From assembly GCA_035650615.1 (NCBI GenBank), contig DASRHI010000052.1, positions 72,550 through 136,549 of the forward strand: 64,000 nt of DNA, read 5' to 3'. The stretch is from Gaiellaceae bacterium (GTDB taxonomy: Bacteria; Actinomycetota; Thermoleophilia; Gaiellales; Gaiellaceae). Below the pieces are notes generated by a model. It did no database searches. It had not been told where the DNA came from and saw only the letters and a list, made by a program, of their open reading frames with translations. Below, one piece after another: positions 1 through 8,239 of the stretch (position 1 is the stretch's first letter; each line of letters starts with the position of its first letter). A program made the position numbers and the translations under genes.

Positions 1-45
1 CTCCTCGGCCCGCCTAGTCTCCTCGGCGGTGACGAGCGGAATCAC
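1..45 (-). CDS. 5' end (15 codons) of a probable NAD(P)H-hydrate repair enzyme (Nnr/YjeF-like) gene that runs off the window
   Basis: GTG at 45-43 overlaps the acpS stop (GTGA). It reads V-IPLVTAEETRRAEE, which resembles YjeF_N N-termini, and acpS-nnr linkage is common. Only 15 codons are visible. Confidence 0.3.
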   Translation of the reverse strand, partial: MIPLVTAEETRRAEE

Positions 46-401
46 TCGAGGACGACCGCGGCCGCGGCCGCGAGCTCGCGCGAGTGGGTCATGCTGACGT
101 CGATCCGCGCCGCCCCGAGCCGCTCGGCCGCGGCGGCCGTGCGGCCGGAGAGGCGCACGCCCGGCTTCGGCCGGCCGCTGATCTCGATCTCCTTCCAGGT
201 GAAGTGCACCCCCGTCCCGAGCGCCTTCCCGACCGCCTCCTTGGCGGCGAAGCGGCTCGCGTAGTGCTGCGCCGGGTTCGGCCTCGCGTCGCAGTAGGCG
301 CGCTCGGCCGCCGTGAAGCAGCGCTCGCGGAAGCCGTCCCCGTGACGCTCGAGCGCCCGCCGGACGCGCTCGATCTCGATCAGGTCGAGGCCGAGCCTCA
401 A
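42..401 (-). CDS. acpS: holo-[acyl-carrier-protein] synthase (4'-phosphopantetheinyl transferase)
   Basis: Last 119 codons of track ORF 42..1796: LGLDLIEIERV, FTAAERAYC, RFAAKEAVGKALGTG and WKEIEI are typical of AcpS. The TTG start at 401 overlaps the upstream stop (TTGA) and is inferred. Confidence 0.85.
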   Translation of the reverse strand: MRLGLDLIEIERVRRALERHGDGFRERCFTAAERAYCDARPNPAQHYASRFAAKEAVGKALGTGVHFTWKEIEISGRPKPGVRLSGRTAAAAERLGAARIDVSMTHSRELAAAAAVVLE

Positions 402-1174
402 GGATTCGACTCCAGCCAGTCCGGCAGCTGCGCCACGGACGAGAGGATGCCGTCCGGGACGACGCCGGAGTCCTCGACCTCGTCGGGCCGGAACTTCCCC
501 GTGCGCACGAGCACGGTCCGCATCCCGTGGCGCTGAGCGCCGCGCACGTCGCCGTCGACGTCGTCGCCGACCATCCAGGCGAGCTCGGCGTCGGCGTCGA
601 GCGCGTCCAGCGCGGCGGCGAAGTACTCCGGGCTCGGCTTCCCGAGGACGGTCGCCTCGGTCCCGGCCGCGAACTCGAGCCCGGCCACGAACGCGCCGGC
701 GTCGAGCTTGGGGCCGTCGGCCGTCTGCCACCAGCGGTTCTTGTGCAGGCAGTAGAGCTCCGCCCCGGCCTCGAGCTCGAGGAAGGCGCGGTTCAGGTTC
801 AGGTAGGAGAAGACCCGGCCCGGCTCCTCGCCCTCGTCGCAGCCGCCGAGGAGGACGGCGTCGGCGTTCATGCCGATCAGCGTCAGCCCGTCGAGGTCGT
901 CGAGCAGGCCCGGCATCGTGAGCGCCAGCACGCGCCTGCCGGCGAGCACGCGCGCCGCCACGCCGCCCGTGGTCTGCAGCTCGTCGTCCTCGAGCGCGAA
1001 CCCCATCGCCCGCAGCGCCTCGGCGAGCTGGCGCCGCGACATCGTCGTCGAGTTCGTGACGAAGCGGATGCGGTGCCCGGCCGCGCGCAGGCGCCGCACG
1101 GCGTCGACCGCGCCCGGGATCGGCTCGCCGCTGACGTGCAGGACGCCGTCGACGTCCAGCAGAATCGCCGCCAT
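398..1174 (-). CDS. HAD-superfamily hydrolase, subfamily IIA (NagD-like sugar phosphatase)
   Basis: Track ORF 398..1204. AAILLDVDGVL is HAD motif I; VTNST and VGDDVDGD are the later motifs. The start at the second Met (1174) is preferred; 1204 is possible. Confidence 0.8.
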   Translation of the reverse strand: MAAILLDVDGVLHVSGEPIPGAVDAVRRLRAAGHRIRFVTNSTTMSRRQLAEALRAMGFALEDDELQTTGGVAARVLAGRRVLALTMPGLLDDLDGLTLIGMNADAVLLGGCDEGEEPGRVFSYLNLNRAFLELEAGAELYCLHKNRWWQTADGPKLDAGAFVAGLEFAAGTEATVLGKPSPEYFAAALDALDADAELAWMVGDDVDGDVRGAQRHGMRTVLVRTGKFRPDEVEDSGVVPDGILSSVAQLPDWLESNP

Positions 1175-1562
1175 GGACGCCGAGTCTATTCGCCGCGAGA
1201 TCACCTTCCGCGTCTCGCGCCCGAGCGGCCCGGGCGGCCAGCACGCCCAGAAGAGCTCGACCCGCGTGGAGGCGCTCTACGACGTCGACTCGTCGGCGGC
1301 GCTCACCGCCGCCGAGCGCGCCCGCGTGCGCGAGCTGCTCGGGCCCGTCGTCCGGGCGGTCGCCCAGGACGAGCGCTCGCAGTCGCTCAACCGCGAGCTC
1401 GCGGCGGAGCGGGTCGTCGAGCAGGTGCGCCGGGCGGCGCGGCCGCGACGGGCGCGGACGCCCACCGGCCCGACGACGGCCTCGCGCGAGCGGCGGCTGG
1501 AGGAGAAGCGGGCGCGCGGGCGGGCGAAGCGCCTGCGCCGGCCGCCGGAGGCGGACGACTAG
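1173..1562 (+). CDS. arfB: ArfB/YaeJ-type peptidyl-tRNA hydrolase (alternative ribosome rescue factor, RF-1 domain)
   Basis: Starts at Met102 of track ORF 870..1562. RPSGPGGQHAQKSSTRV carries the GGQ motif, followed by a basic C-terminal tail (RRLEEKRARGRAKRLRR). Confidence 0.85.
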   Translation: MDAESIRREITFRVSRPSGPGGQHAQKSSTRVEALYDVDSSAALTAAERARVRELLGPVVRAVAQDERSQSLNRELAAERVVEQVRRAARPRRARTPTGPTTASRERRLEEKRARGRAKRLRRPPEADD

Positions 1563-1663
1563 AGCTGGCGGCCGGGCCGGTCGATGCGGGAGTCGGCGCC
1601 GTAGCGAACGGAGAGGATCCCGAGCGCGAGCGCGAGCCCGACGAAGACGAAGAACGCGGTCAT
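1559..1663 (-). CDS. possible 34-aa single-helix membrane micro-protein (hand-translated, below track cutoff)
   Basis: ATG 1663 to TAG 1559 reads MTAFFVFVGLALALGILSVRYGADSRIDRPGRQL. It lies divergent from the LysR-type gene, 60 nt away. There is no clear Shine-Dalgarno sequence, and it overlaps the arfB stop by 4 nt. Confidence 0.2.
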   Translation of the reverse strand: MTAFFVFVGLALALGILSVRYGADSRIDRPGRQL

Positions 1664-1707
1664 GGGCCCATCGTGCCGGGCGCTGATCATTAGAGCAAGT
1701 CGAGCTA

Positions 1708-1722
1708 TCATTCGAGACGATC
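1708..1722. promoter_or_regulatory. candidate LysR-type (LTTR) binding box ATC-N9-GAT
   Basis: ATCattcgagacGAT (which contains T-N11-A) abuts the LysR-type start in the only AT-rich patch of this region. ATCAT recurs three times, at about 1686, 1707 and 1720. Confidence 0.35.
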
Positions 1723-2661
1723 ATGGAACCTGATAGATGGCTCGGGGTCGAGCTTCGCCACCTGGCCGCCCTCGAGGCGGTCGCCGGCGAGGGCACCTTC
1801 GGCCGTGCCGCCGAGAAGCTCGGCTACACCCAGTCGGCGGTCAGCCAGCAGATCGCGACGCTCGAGCGGATCGTCGGCGAGCGCCTCGTCGAGCGCCCGG
1901 GCGGACCGCGGCCGGTGACGCTGACCGAGGCGGGGCGGGTGCTGCTGCGGCACGCGGAGGCGATCGTCGCGCGCCTCAAGGCCGCGCAGGCCGACCTCTC
2001 CGCGCTCGCGGGCGGCGAGGCCGGCTCGCTCCGCGTCGGCACCTTCCAGAGCGTCGGCGCGAAGGTCCTGCCGGAGGTGCTGAAGCGCTTCCGCAGGTCG
2101 TGGCCCGCGGTCGAGATCGAGCTCCGCGAGTCGCACCTCTCGCGCGAGCTCGCGGCCGGCGTCGAGCGGGGCGAGCTCGACGTCGCGTTCGTCGAGCTCC
2201 CGCTCGACGCCGAGGCGGCCTCGCTCGAGGCGATCGAGCTCCTGCGCGACGAGTACGTGCTCGTCACCGCGGCCGACTCGCCCTTCGGCGCGGGGCGCCG
2301 GCCCTCCCTCCGCGAGCTCGCCGCGCAGCCGCTGATCGGCTACCGGCACTGCCAGGCCACGGAGGTCGTCGTCGGCCAGCTCCGCGCCACCGGCCGGGAG
2401 CCGCACTTCGTCTTTCGCTCCGACGAGAACGGCGTCGTGCAGGGCCTCGCAGCCGCGGGCATCGGCGTCGCGATCGTGCCGCGGCTCGCGGTCGACGAGA
2501 ACGACGAGGCGGTGCGGATCGTGGAGCTCGGGATGAAGATCGCGCCGCGGATCGTCGGGATCGCCCGGCACCGCGACCGCTACCACTCGGCCGCCGCCCG
2601 CGCGTTCGTCGAGACGGCGCTCGAGGTCGGAAGCGAGGCCGGCCGGTCGCTCGCGGCCTGA
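1723..2661 (+). CDS. LysR-family transcriptional regulator
   Basis: N-terminal wHTH LRHLAALEAVAGEGTFGRAAEKLGYTQSAVSQQIATLE followed by a LysR substrate-binding-length C-terminus; 312 aa. Confidence 0.9.
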   Translation: MEPDRWLGVELRHLAALEAVAGEGTFGRAAEKLGYTQSAVSQQIATLERIVGERLVERPGGPRPVTLTEAGRVLLRHAEAIVARLKAAQADLSALAGGEAGSLRVGTFQSVGAKVLPEVLKRFRRSWPAVEIELRESHLSRELAAGVERGELDVAFVELPLDAEAASLEAIELLRDEYVLVTAADSPFGAGRRPSLRELAAQPLIGYRHCQATEVVVGQLRATGREPHFVFRSDENGVVQGLAAAGIGVAIVPRLAVDENDEAVRIVELGMKIAPRIVGIARHRDRYHSAAARAFVETALEVGSEAGRSLAA

Positions 2662-2764
2662 GCGAGAGAAGAAAGCAGGGCGGCCGCGACCGAGCTGCGG
2701 CACCCGTTTAGCGCCGCGACCACCCTGCTCCTGAGGTGGGACGCCTCTAGTTTGCCAAAAGTCA

Positions 2765-2799
2765 GCCGCCGCGTCCATCCCCCCGCCGGGGGAGGCGGC
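2765..2799 (-). terminator. intrinsic-terminator-like hairpin after glmS
   Basis: On the - strand: GCCGCC UCCCCC GGC GGGGGA ... GGCGGC, followed by UGACUUUUGG immediately after the glmS stop. The U-tract is short. Confidence 0.45.
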
Positions 2800-4628
2800 T
2801 ACTCGACGGTCACGGTCTTCGCGAGGTTCCGCGGCTGGTCGACGTTGAGGCCGCGGAGACGCGCGATCCGGTAGGCGAGGAGCTGGAGCGGCAGGGTCGC
2901 GAGCACCGCCTGCAGGAACGCCGGCGACTGCGGCACGTAGACGACGTCGTTCGCGTGGTGCTGGATGTCCTCGTTGCCGTCGGTCGCGACGGCGATCACG
3001 TGGGCGCCCCGGGCCCGCGTCTCCTGGATGTTGGAGACGATCTTGTCGTAGACGTGGATGTTCGTCGCCACGACCACGACGGGAGTCCCCTCGTCGAGCA
3101 GCGCGATCGGGCCGTGCTTCATCTCCCCGGCCGAGTACGCCTCGGTCGGGATGTAGGAGATCTCCTTCAGCTTGAGCGCGCCCTCGAGCGCGACCGGCAG
3201 GCCGATGTGGCGGCCGAGGAAGAGGAAGAACGGCTCCTGGTAGAAGCGCTGCGCGATCTCCTCGATCGGGTGGTTGCCCTCGAGGAACGCCTGCATCTTC
3301 GAGGGCAGGCTGTACACCTCGTCGAGGATGAATTCGATCTCGTCCGGCGGGAGCGTCCCGCGCGTCCGGGCGAGCTCGAGCCCGATCAGGTACATCAGGC
3401 CGACCTGCGCCGAGAACGTCTTCGACGCGGCGACCCCGACCTCGAGGCCGGTGCGCGTGTACAGCACCGAGTCGACCTCGCGCGTGATCTGCGAGCCCAT
3501 CTGGTTCGTGATCGCCACCGTGCGCGCGCCGAGCGTGCGCGCGAGCTGCATCGCCTGGATCGTGTCGCGCGTCTCGCCGGACTGCGAGATCCCGATCACG
3601 AGCGTGTCCTCGTCGATCACCGGACGCCGGTAGATCCACTCGCTCGCGATGTCGGGCTCGACGGGCACCCGCCCCCACTCCTCGAGGACGTAGCGGCCGA
3701 CGACGCCGGCGTGGTAGGCGGTGCCGCAGGCGACGATGACGATCCGCCGGAGACGGCGCAGGCCGTCCTCGGTCATCCCCAGGCCGTCGAGCACGAGCCG
3801 CCCGTGGCGGACGCGGTCGCCGATCGTCTCCGCGAACCCCTCCGGCTGCTCGTAGATCTCCTTGAGCATGAACGTCTCGTAGCCGGAGCGCTCTGCGACG
3901 TCCTCGTCCCAGTCGACCTCGTGGGTCTCCAGCACCACGGGCTCGCCGCCGGCCGCCTGCACGTACGACACCCCGTCCGGCCGCAGGTCGACCACGACGC
4001 CGTCGGGCGGGTACTGGACGCGGCGCGTCTCGGTGAGGAACGCAGCGAGGTTCGAGGCGAGGAAGCTCTCGCCGTCGCCCAGGCCGACGACGAGCGGCGT
4101 CTGGTGCCGCACGGCGACGAGCCGCTGCGGCTCGCCCGAGTGGATGACGACGAACGTGAAGTGGCCCTCGAGCCGCGCGTAGGCGGCGCGGACCGCGGCG
4201 GCGAGGTCGCCGTCGTAGAGCGTCTCGAGCAGGTGCGCGACCACCTCCGCGTCGGTCTCGGAGGTGAAGACGTGGCCGGCCGCCTCGAGCTCGCCCTTGA
4301 GCTCGCGGTAGTTCTCCACGATCCCGTTGAGGACGATCGCGAGCTTGCCGTCGTCGCAGCCGGTGAGCGGGTGCGCGTTCTCCTCGTTGACCGCGCCGTG
4401 CGTCGCCCAGCGCGTGTGCCCCAGCCCGGTCGTGGCGGGCGAGCCGTTCGGGCCCGCGGCGCGCTTGAGGTTGGCGAGGTTCCCGACGGCGCGCACGTAC
4501 TCGAGGCCGCCCGGCTCGAGCAGCGCGATCCCGGCGGAGTCGTAGCCGCGGAACTCGAGCCGCTCCAGCCCGGCGATCAGCAGGTCCTTCGAGGGCCGGC
4601 CTCCGACGTATCCGATGATCCCGCACAT
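2799..4628 (-). CDS. glmS: glutamine--fructose-6-phosphate aminotransferase (isomerizing)
   Basis: MCGIIGY (N-terminal Cys nucleophile), two SIS domains, C-terminal NLAKTVTVE; 609 aa. Confidence 0.97.
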   Translation of the reverse strand: MCGIIGYVGGRPSKDLLIAGLERLEFRGYDSAGIALLEPGGLEYVRAVGNLANLKRAAGPNGSPATTGLGHTRWATHGAVNEENAHPLTGCDDGKLAIVLNGIVENYRELKGELEAAGHVFTSETDAEVVAHLLETLYDGDLAAAVRAAYARLEGHFTFVVIHSGEPQRLVAVRHQTPLVVGLGDGESFLASNLAAFLTETRRVQYPPDGVVVDLRPDGVSYVQAAGGEPVVLETHEVDWDEDVAERSGYETFMLKEIYEQPEGFAETIGDRVRHGRLVLDGLGMTEDGLRRLRRIVIVACGTAYHAGVVGRYVLEEWGRVPVEPDIASEWIYRRPVIDEDTLVIGISQSGETRDTIQAMQLARTLGARTVAITNQMGSQITREVDSVLYTRTGLEVGVAASKTFSAQVGLMYLIGLELARTRGTLPPDEIEFILDEVYSLPSKMQAFLEGNHPIEEIAQRFYQEPFFLFLGRHIGLPVALEGALKLKEISYIPTEAYSAGEMKHGPIALLDEGTPVVVVATNIHVYDKIVSNIQETRARGAHVIAVATDGNEDIQHHANDVVYVPQSPAFLQAVLATLPLQLLAYRIARLRGLNVDQPRNLAKTVTVE

Positions 4629-4700
4629 CCGTTCAGCCTCCTTCCCGAGCCCTCGAAACGGAAAAGCCCGGCTGAGTCCTCCGCCCCTGCACCGAGACGG

Positions 4701-5963
4701 TCAGCCGAGCTCCCTGCGTACGAGCGCCGCCAAGGTAGCACAGGCGTCCCGAGCCACCCCCCCATTCTCCGCCTCCGCCAGGACGCGAACCAGGGGCTCG
4801 GTCCCCGACGGGCGCACCAGCACCCGCCCCGAGCCGTCGAGCTCGGCGTTGAGCCGCGCCACCGCGGCGCGGACCGGCTCCGAGAGCACCTTCGACGCAA
4901 CCGGCACGTTCTCCTTGCACTGCTCCCAGCGGGGCATGACCGCGGCCGCCTCCGAGAGCCGCCTGCCGCGCAGGGCCCGGCAGAGCAGCAGCGCGGCGGC
5001 CAGGCCGTCGCCGCTCACGTGGTCGCGCAGGTAGATGACGTGGCCCGACTGCTCGCCGCCGAGCATCCCGCCCTCGCGGCGGAGCGCCTCCAGCACGTAC
5101 CGGTCCCCGACGTCGGTGGTGAGCACGCGGATGCCGTGCTCGCGCATGAGCGCGTGGAAGCCGTGGTTCGTCATCTGCGTCACCGCGACCAGGTCGACGC
5201 CGAGGTCGAGCGCGAGGATCGCCACGATCTGGTCGCCGTCGACGACCTCGCCGCGCTCGTCGACCGCGAGCATGCGGTCGCCGTCCCCGTCGAACGCGAT
5301 CCCGAGGTCGAAGCCGCCGTCGACGACGAGGCGCTGGAGCGCCGCCGTGTCGGTGGCGCCGGAGCCCACGTTGATCAGCCCGCCGTCGCCCGAGACCCCG
5401 ATCGTGCAGACGTCCGCCCCGAGCCTGCGGAAGACGTCGGGCGCGATCTCGCCGTAGGCGCCGTTCGCGCAGTCGACCGCGAGCCGCAGCCCGTCCAGCG
5501 CGCTCCCGAAGTGGCGGAGGACGTGCTCGACGTAGCGCTCTGCCGCGTTCCGGGCGCGCTCCACGCCGCCTCCCCCGGGGCCCGGGGCGTCGAGCAGCGC
5601 CTCGATCTCCTCCTCCGCCGCGTCGGCGAGCTTGTGCCCGGCGGCGTCGAAGAACTTGAGGCCGTTGTACTCGGGCGGGTTGTGCGAGGCCGAGATCACG
5701 GCGCCGAGGTCGCGGCCGGAGAGGGCGACGGCCGGGGTGGGCAGCACGCCGCCGAGCACGGCGGTCGCCCCCGCGGACACGACGCCGCGCACGAGCGCCT
5801 CCTCGAGCTCCGGGCCGGACTCCCGCGTGTCGCGGCCGACGTAGACCTCGCGTGCACCCGCCCAGAGCGCCGCGGCGCGGCCGAGCCGCTCGACGAGCTC
5901 GGCGGTGAGCGTGTCGCCGACGACGCCTCGCACGCCGTCCGTCCCGAAGTAGCGCCGCGCCAT
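4701..5963 (-). CDS. glmM: phosphoglucosamine mutase
   Basis: YFGTDGVRG, phosphoserine loop SASHNPPEYNGLKFF, and FDGDGDRM metal site; 420 aa. Confidence 0.95.
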   Translation of the reverse strand: MARRYFGTDGVRGVVGDTLTAELVERLGRAAALWAGAREVYVGRDTRESGPELEEALVRGVVSAGATAVLGGVLPTPAVALSGRDLGAVISASHNPPEYNGLKFFDAAGHKLADAAEEEIEALLDAPGPGGGGVERARNAAERYVEHVLRHFGSALDGLRLAVDCANGAYGEIAPDVFRRLGADVCTIGVSGDGGLINVGSGATDTAALQRLVVDGGFDLGIAFDGDGDRMLAVDERGEVVDGDQIVAILALDLGVDLVAVTQMTNHGFHALMREHGIRVLTTDVGDRYVLEALRREGGMLGGEQSGHVIYLRDHVSGDGLAAALLLCRALRGRRLSEAAAVMPRWEQCKENVPVASKVLSEPVRAAVARLNAELDGSGRVLVRPSGTEPLVRVLAEAENGGVARDACATLAALVRRELG

Positions 5964-6018
5964 GGGCGCGGGGACCCTACTCGGTGCGGCTTAAGATCCG
6001 CTCAATCTTCGGATCCGC

Positions 6019-6864
6019 GTGACGTCGATCGAGATCCTCCCGTTCGGGCAGAGCGACCGCGCCCACGTGGCCGAGCTCGTGGACGCGCACGCCGAGGTGG
6101 TCGTCCCGGGCCTCGTCCTGCCGGGCGGGGGCGCGACGCACGTGGCGCGCCAGCGCGGGCGCGCGACCGCGGCGGCCCGCGTGGTCCGGGACGGGGCCGG
6201 GGCCGGGAGGATCGGCTGGTTCCTCGTCTGGCCGGACGAGCGCTCGTGGCCGGACGCGAGCGCCGCCGGCGACGCCCTGCTCGCCGCGCTCGCCGCCGCG
6301 CTCGAGCGAGCGGGTGCGGCGGAGGTGCGCGCGGACGGTGCGCCGCCGGGGCTCGTCGTCGCCGGGCTGCCCGACCAGTGGCCGCACGTGAGCGCCGCCT
6401 ACGAGCGCGCCGGCTTCGTGCACGCGGGCGGCATCGAGCTCCTGTACGCGGCGGACGTGCGCACGTTCCCGCGACTGCGCCGGCCGCCGGTGCGGGACCT
6501 GCGCGCGCGCCGCGACGCGGGCCCGGAGGCCGTGACGATCACCGCGAGCCTGGACGGCGCCGTCGTCGGCCGGCTCGAGGCGGCGCTCCTCGACCGCTCG
6601 CGGGGCGCGCCCGCGGGCGGGCGCTGGGCGGAGGTGCGGCGGCTCGAGGTGGCGGAGCCTCACCGCCGCCGCCGGATCGCGACCTGGCTCGCCGGGCGGG
6701 CCTGCGACTGGCTGGCCGCGGCGGGCGCGGGCCGTCTGCTCGCCTACGCCGGCCCGGGGCAGGAGGGCTGCGCGGCCTTCTACGCGGTGTCGCCCGGCTT
6801 CGTCGAGCTCACGCGCGCGCGGAGGGGCTGGGTGCGCGGGCCCCTCACAGCGCCGCCGGCATGA
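6019..6864 (+). CDS. probable GNAT-like acetyltransferase (weak assignment)
   Basis: 281-aa ORF with coding-like composition. The C-terminal part (RRLEVAEPHRRRRIATWLAGRA ... FYAVSPGFVEL) resembles a GNAT acetyl-CoA-binding region. The product call is tentative. Confidence 0.5.
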   Translation: MTSIEILPFGQSDRAHVAELVDAHAEVVVPGLVLPGGGATHVARQRGRATAAARVVRDGAGAGRIGWFLVWPDERSWPDASAAGDALLAALAAALERAGAAEVRADGAPPGLVVAGLPDQWPHVSAAYERAGFVHAGGIELLYAADVRTFPRLRRPPVRDLRARRDAGPEAVTITASLDGAVVGRLEAALLDRSRGAPAGGRWAEVRRLEVAEPHRRRRIATWLAGRACDWLAAAGAGRLLAYAGPGQEGCAAFYAVSPGFVELTRARRGWVRGPLTAPPA

Positions 6865-7306
6865 GCACGAGCCGGACGTTCCCGTGCCGGGAGCCTCCGG
6901 GCACGTACTCGGTGTAGAGGATCTCGTAGTCGGCGGCCACGACCTTGATGTGGATGTGGCCGGGCCGGCCGCCGTAGGCGACGGGCCTCGGCCCCTCGAA
7001 GCGGAAGCGGCCCCTGCGGTCCGTGATCACGGCGCCGCGCCCCGCCGAGGTGTAGACGCCCTTGCGGTTCGACTGCCAGAACGAGACCGTCGCCCCGGCG
7101 ATCGGGCGGCAGGAGGGCGAGAGGACGACGCCGGTCAGCACGTGCCCGGTGCCGATCTTCGCCCGCAGCGGCGCGGTCCCGCGGTCGGAGCCGCCGCCGT
7201 CGCTCGGCGTCGGCTCGCAGCGGGCCCGGTCGGAGGCAGCCCCGGCGGGCGCGCCCGCGAGGGCGGCGACCACCGCGACCAGGAGCACCGGGCCGATCGA
7301 CCGCAT
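6845..7306 (-). CDS. secreted intradiol ring-cleavage dioxygenase-like domain protein
   Basis: Signal peptide [23 protein letters not shown]. The GRFRFEG and GRPGHIHIKV motifs are characteristic of the intradiol dioxygenase core fold; 153 aa. Confidence 0.6.
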   Translation of the reverse strand: MRSIGPVLLVAVVAALAGAPAGAASDRARCEPTPSDGGGSDRGTAPLRAKIGTGHVLTGVVLSPSCRPIAGATVSFWQSNRKGVYTSAGRGAVITDRRGRFRFEGPRPVAYGGRPGHIHIKVVAADYEILYTEYVPGGSRHGNVRLVLMPAAL

Positions 7307-7421
7307 CCCTTCGCCGCGAGGCTAACCACCTCGCGCCGCCCCGCGCAAGTCGGCGCCGCGCGCCATGCGCAGGCAGCCGAGCGTCGACCCCGGAGCGTTG
7401 CGCGCCCGCCGGGGCCGGCGG

Positions 7422-7817
7422 CTACCGCTTCGAGAACTGGGGCGCCTTGCGGGCCTTGTGGAGGCCGGCCTTCTTGCGCTCGACCTCGCGCGCGTCGCGC
7501 GTCAGGTAGCCGGCGCGCTTGAGCAGCACGCGAAACTCCGGGTTGATCTCGACGAGCGCGCGGGCGATGCCGTGGCGGACCGCGCCGGCCTGCCCCGAGG
7601 GGCCGCCCCCGTGGACGCGCACGCGCAGGTCGTACTGGTCCTGCAGCTCGGTCAGCTCGAGCGGCGCGAGGACGGACTTGCGGTGGAGCAGGCGGGGGAA
7701 GTACTGGTCGAGGGTCTTGCCGTTGATCCACGTCTTGCCGTCGCCGGGCCGGAGGATCACGCGCGCGACCGACGTCTTCCGCTTCCCCGTGCCGAGGTAC
7801 TGCGCGGGCGTCGACAT
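7422..7817 (-). CDS. rpsI: 30S ribosomal protein S9
   Basis: Last 131 aa of track ORF 7422..8198: [31 protein letters not shown], and ending KAPQFSKR. Confidence 0.97.
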   Translation of the reverse strand: MSTPAQYLGTGKRKTSVARVILRPGDGKTWINGKTLDQYFPRLLHRKSVLAPLELTELQDQYDLRVRVHGGGPSGQAGAVRHGIARALVEINPEFRVLLKRAGYLTRDAREVERKKAGLHKARKAPQFSKR

Positions 7818-8239
7818 CAGAACGGCTTCGGCTCCTGCGCGGCGTGCGGGTGCTCGGCGCCCGCGTAGATCTTGAGCTTCGTGAGCTGGCGGCGGCCGAG
7901 CCGGTTGCGCGGCAGCATGCCCTTGACGGCGCGCCGCAGCACCTCTTCGGGCCCTCGCTCGAGCTGCTCGCGCAGCGGCCGGCTGCGCAGGCCGCCCGGG
8001 TAGCCGGAGTGGCGGTAGTAGCGCTTCTCGTCGAGCTTCCTGCCGGTGACGGCGATCTTCTCGGCGTTCACGACGACGACGAAGTCGCCGGTGTCGACGT
8101 GCGGCGTGAACTGCGGCTTGCCCTTGCCCCGCAGCCGGTCGGCGATCTGCGTCGCGAGCCGCCCGAGGGTCTGGCCCTCGGCGTCGACGAGGTACCACTC
8201 GCGCTCGATCTCGCCCGTCTTGGCGCTGTAGGTCTTCAT
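7817..8239 (-). CDS. rplM: 50S ribosomal protein L13
   Basis: Last 140 aa of track ORF 7817..9814: [30 protein letters not shown] ... [10 protein letters not shown]. The stop overlaps the rpsI ATG (TGATG). Confidence 0.97.
   Translation of the reverse strand: MKTYSAKTGEIEREWYLVDAEGQTLGRLATQIADRLRGKGKPQFTPHVDTGDFVVVVNAEKIAVTGRKLDEKRYYRHSGYPGGLRSRPLREQLERGPEEVLRRAVKGMLPRNRLGRRQLTKLKIYAGAEHPHAAQEPKPF

Noticed and set aside
4629-4700. Possible glmS ribozyme in the glmS 5' leader.
   Set aside because: Only 72 nt separate the glmM stop from the glmS start, which is far shorter than the roughly 170-nt ribozyme. I could not see the conserved core elements. It is probably just an inter-cistronic spacer.
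2955-6917. Very long ORFs in the track: 1320 aa on + at 2955..6917, 972 aa on - at 1708..4626, 1069 aa on + at 30731..33940, 1223 aa on - at 37605..41276, 816 aa on + at 13607..16057, and many others.
   Set aside because: They run antisense to, or out of frame with, genes that have unmistakable family motifs (glmS, glmM, guaB, CDF, xseA and others). Their translations are monotonous Arg/Pro/Ala/Gly strings, which are typical of stop-codon-poor off-frames in DNA above 70% GC. I treat them as shadow ORFs.
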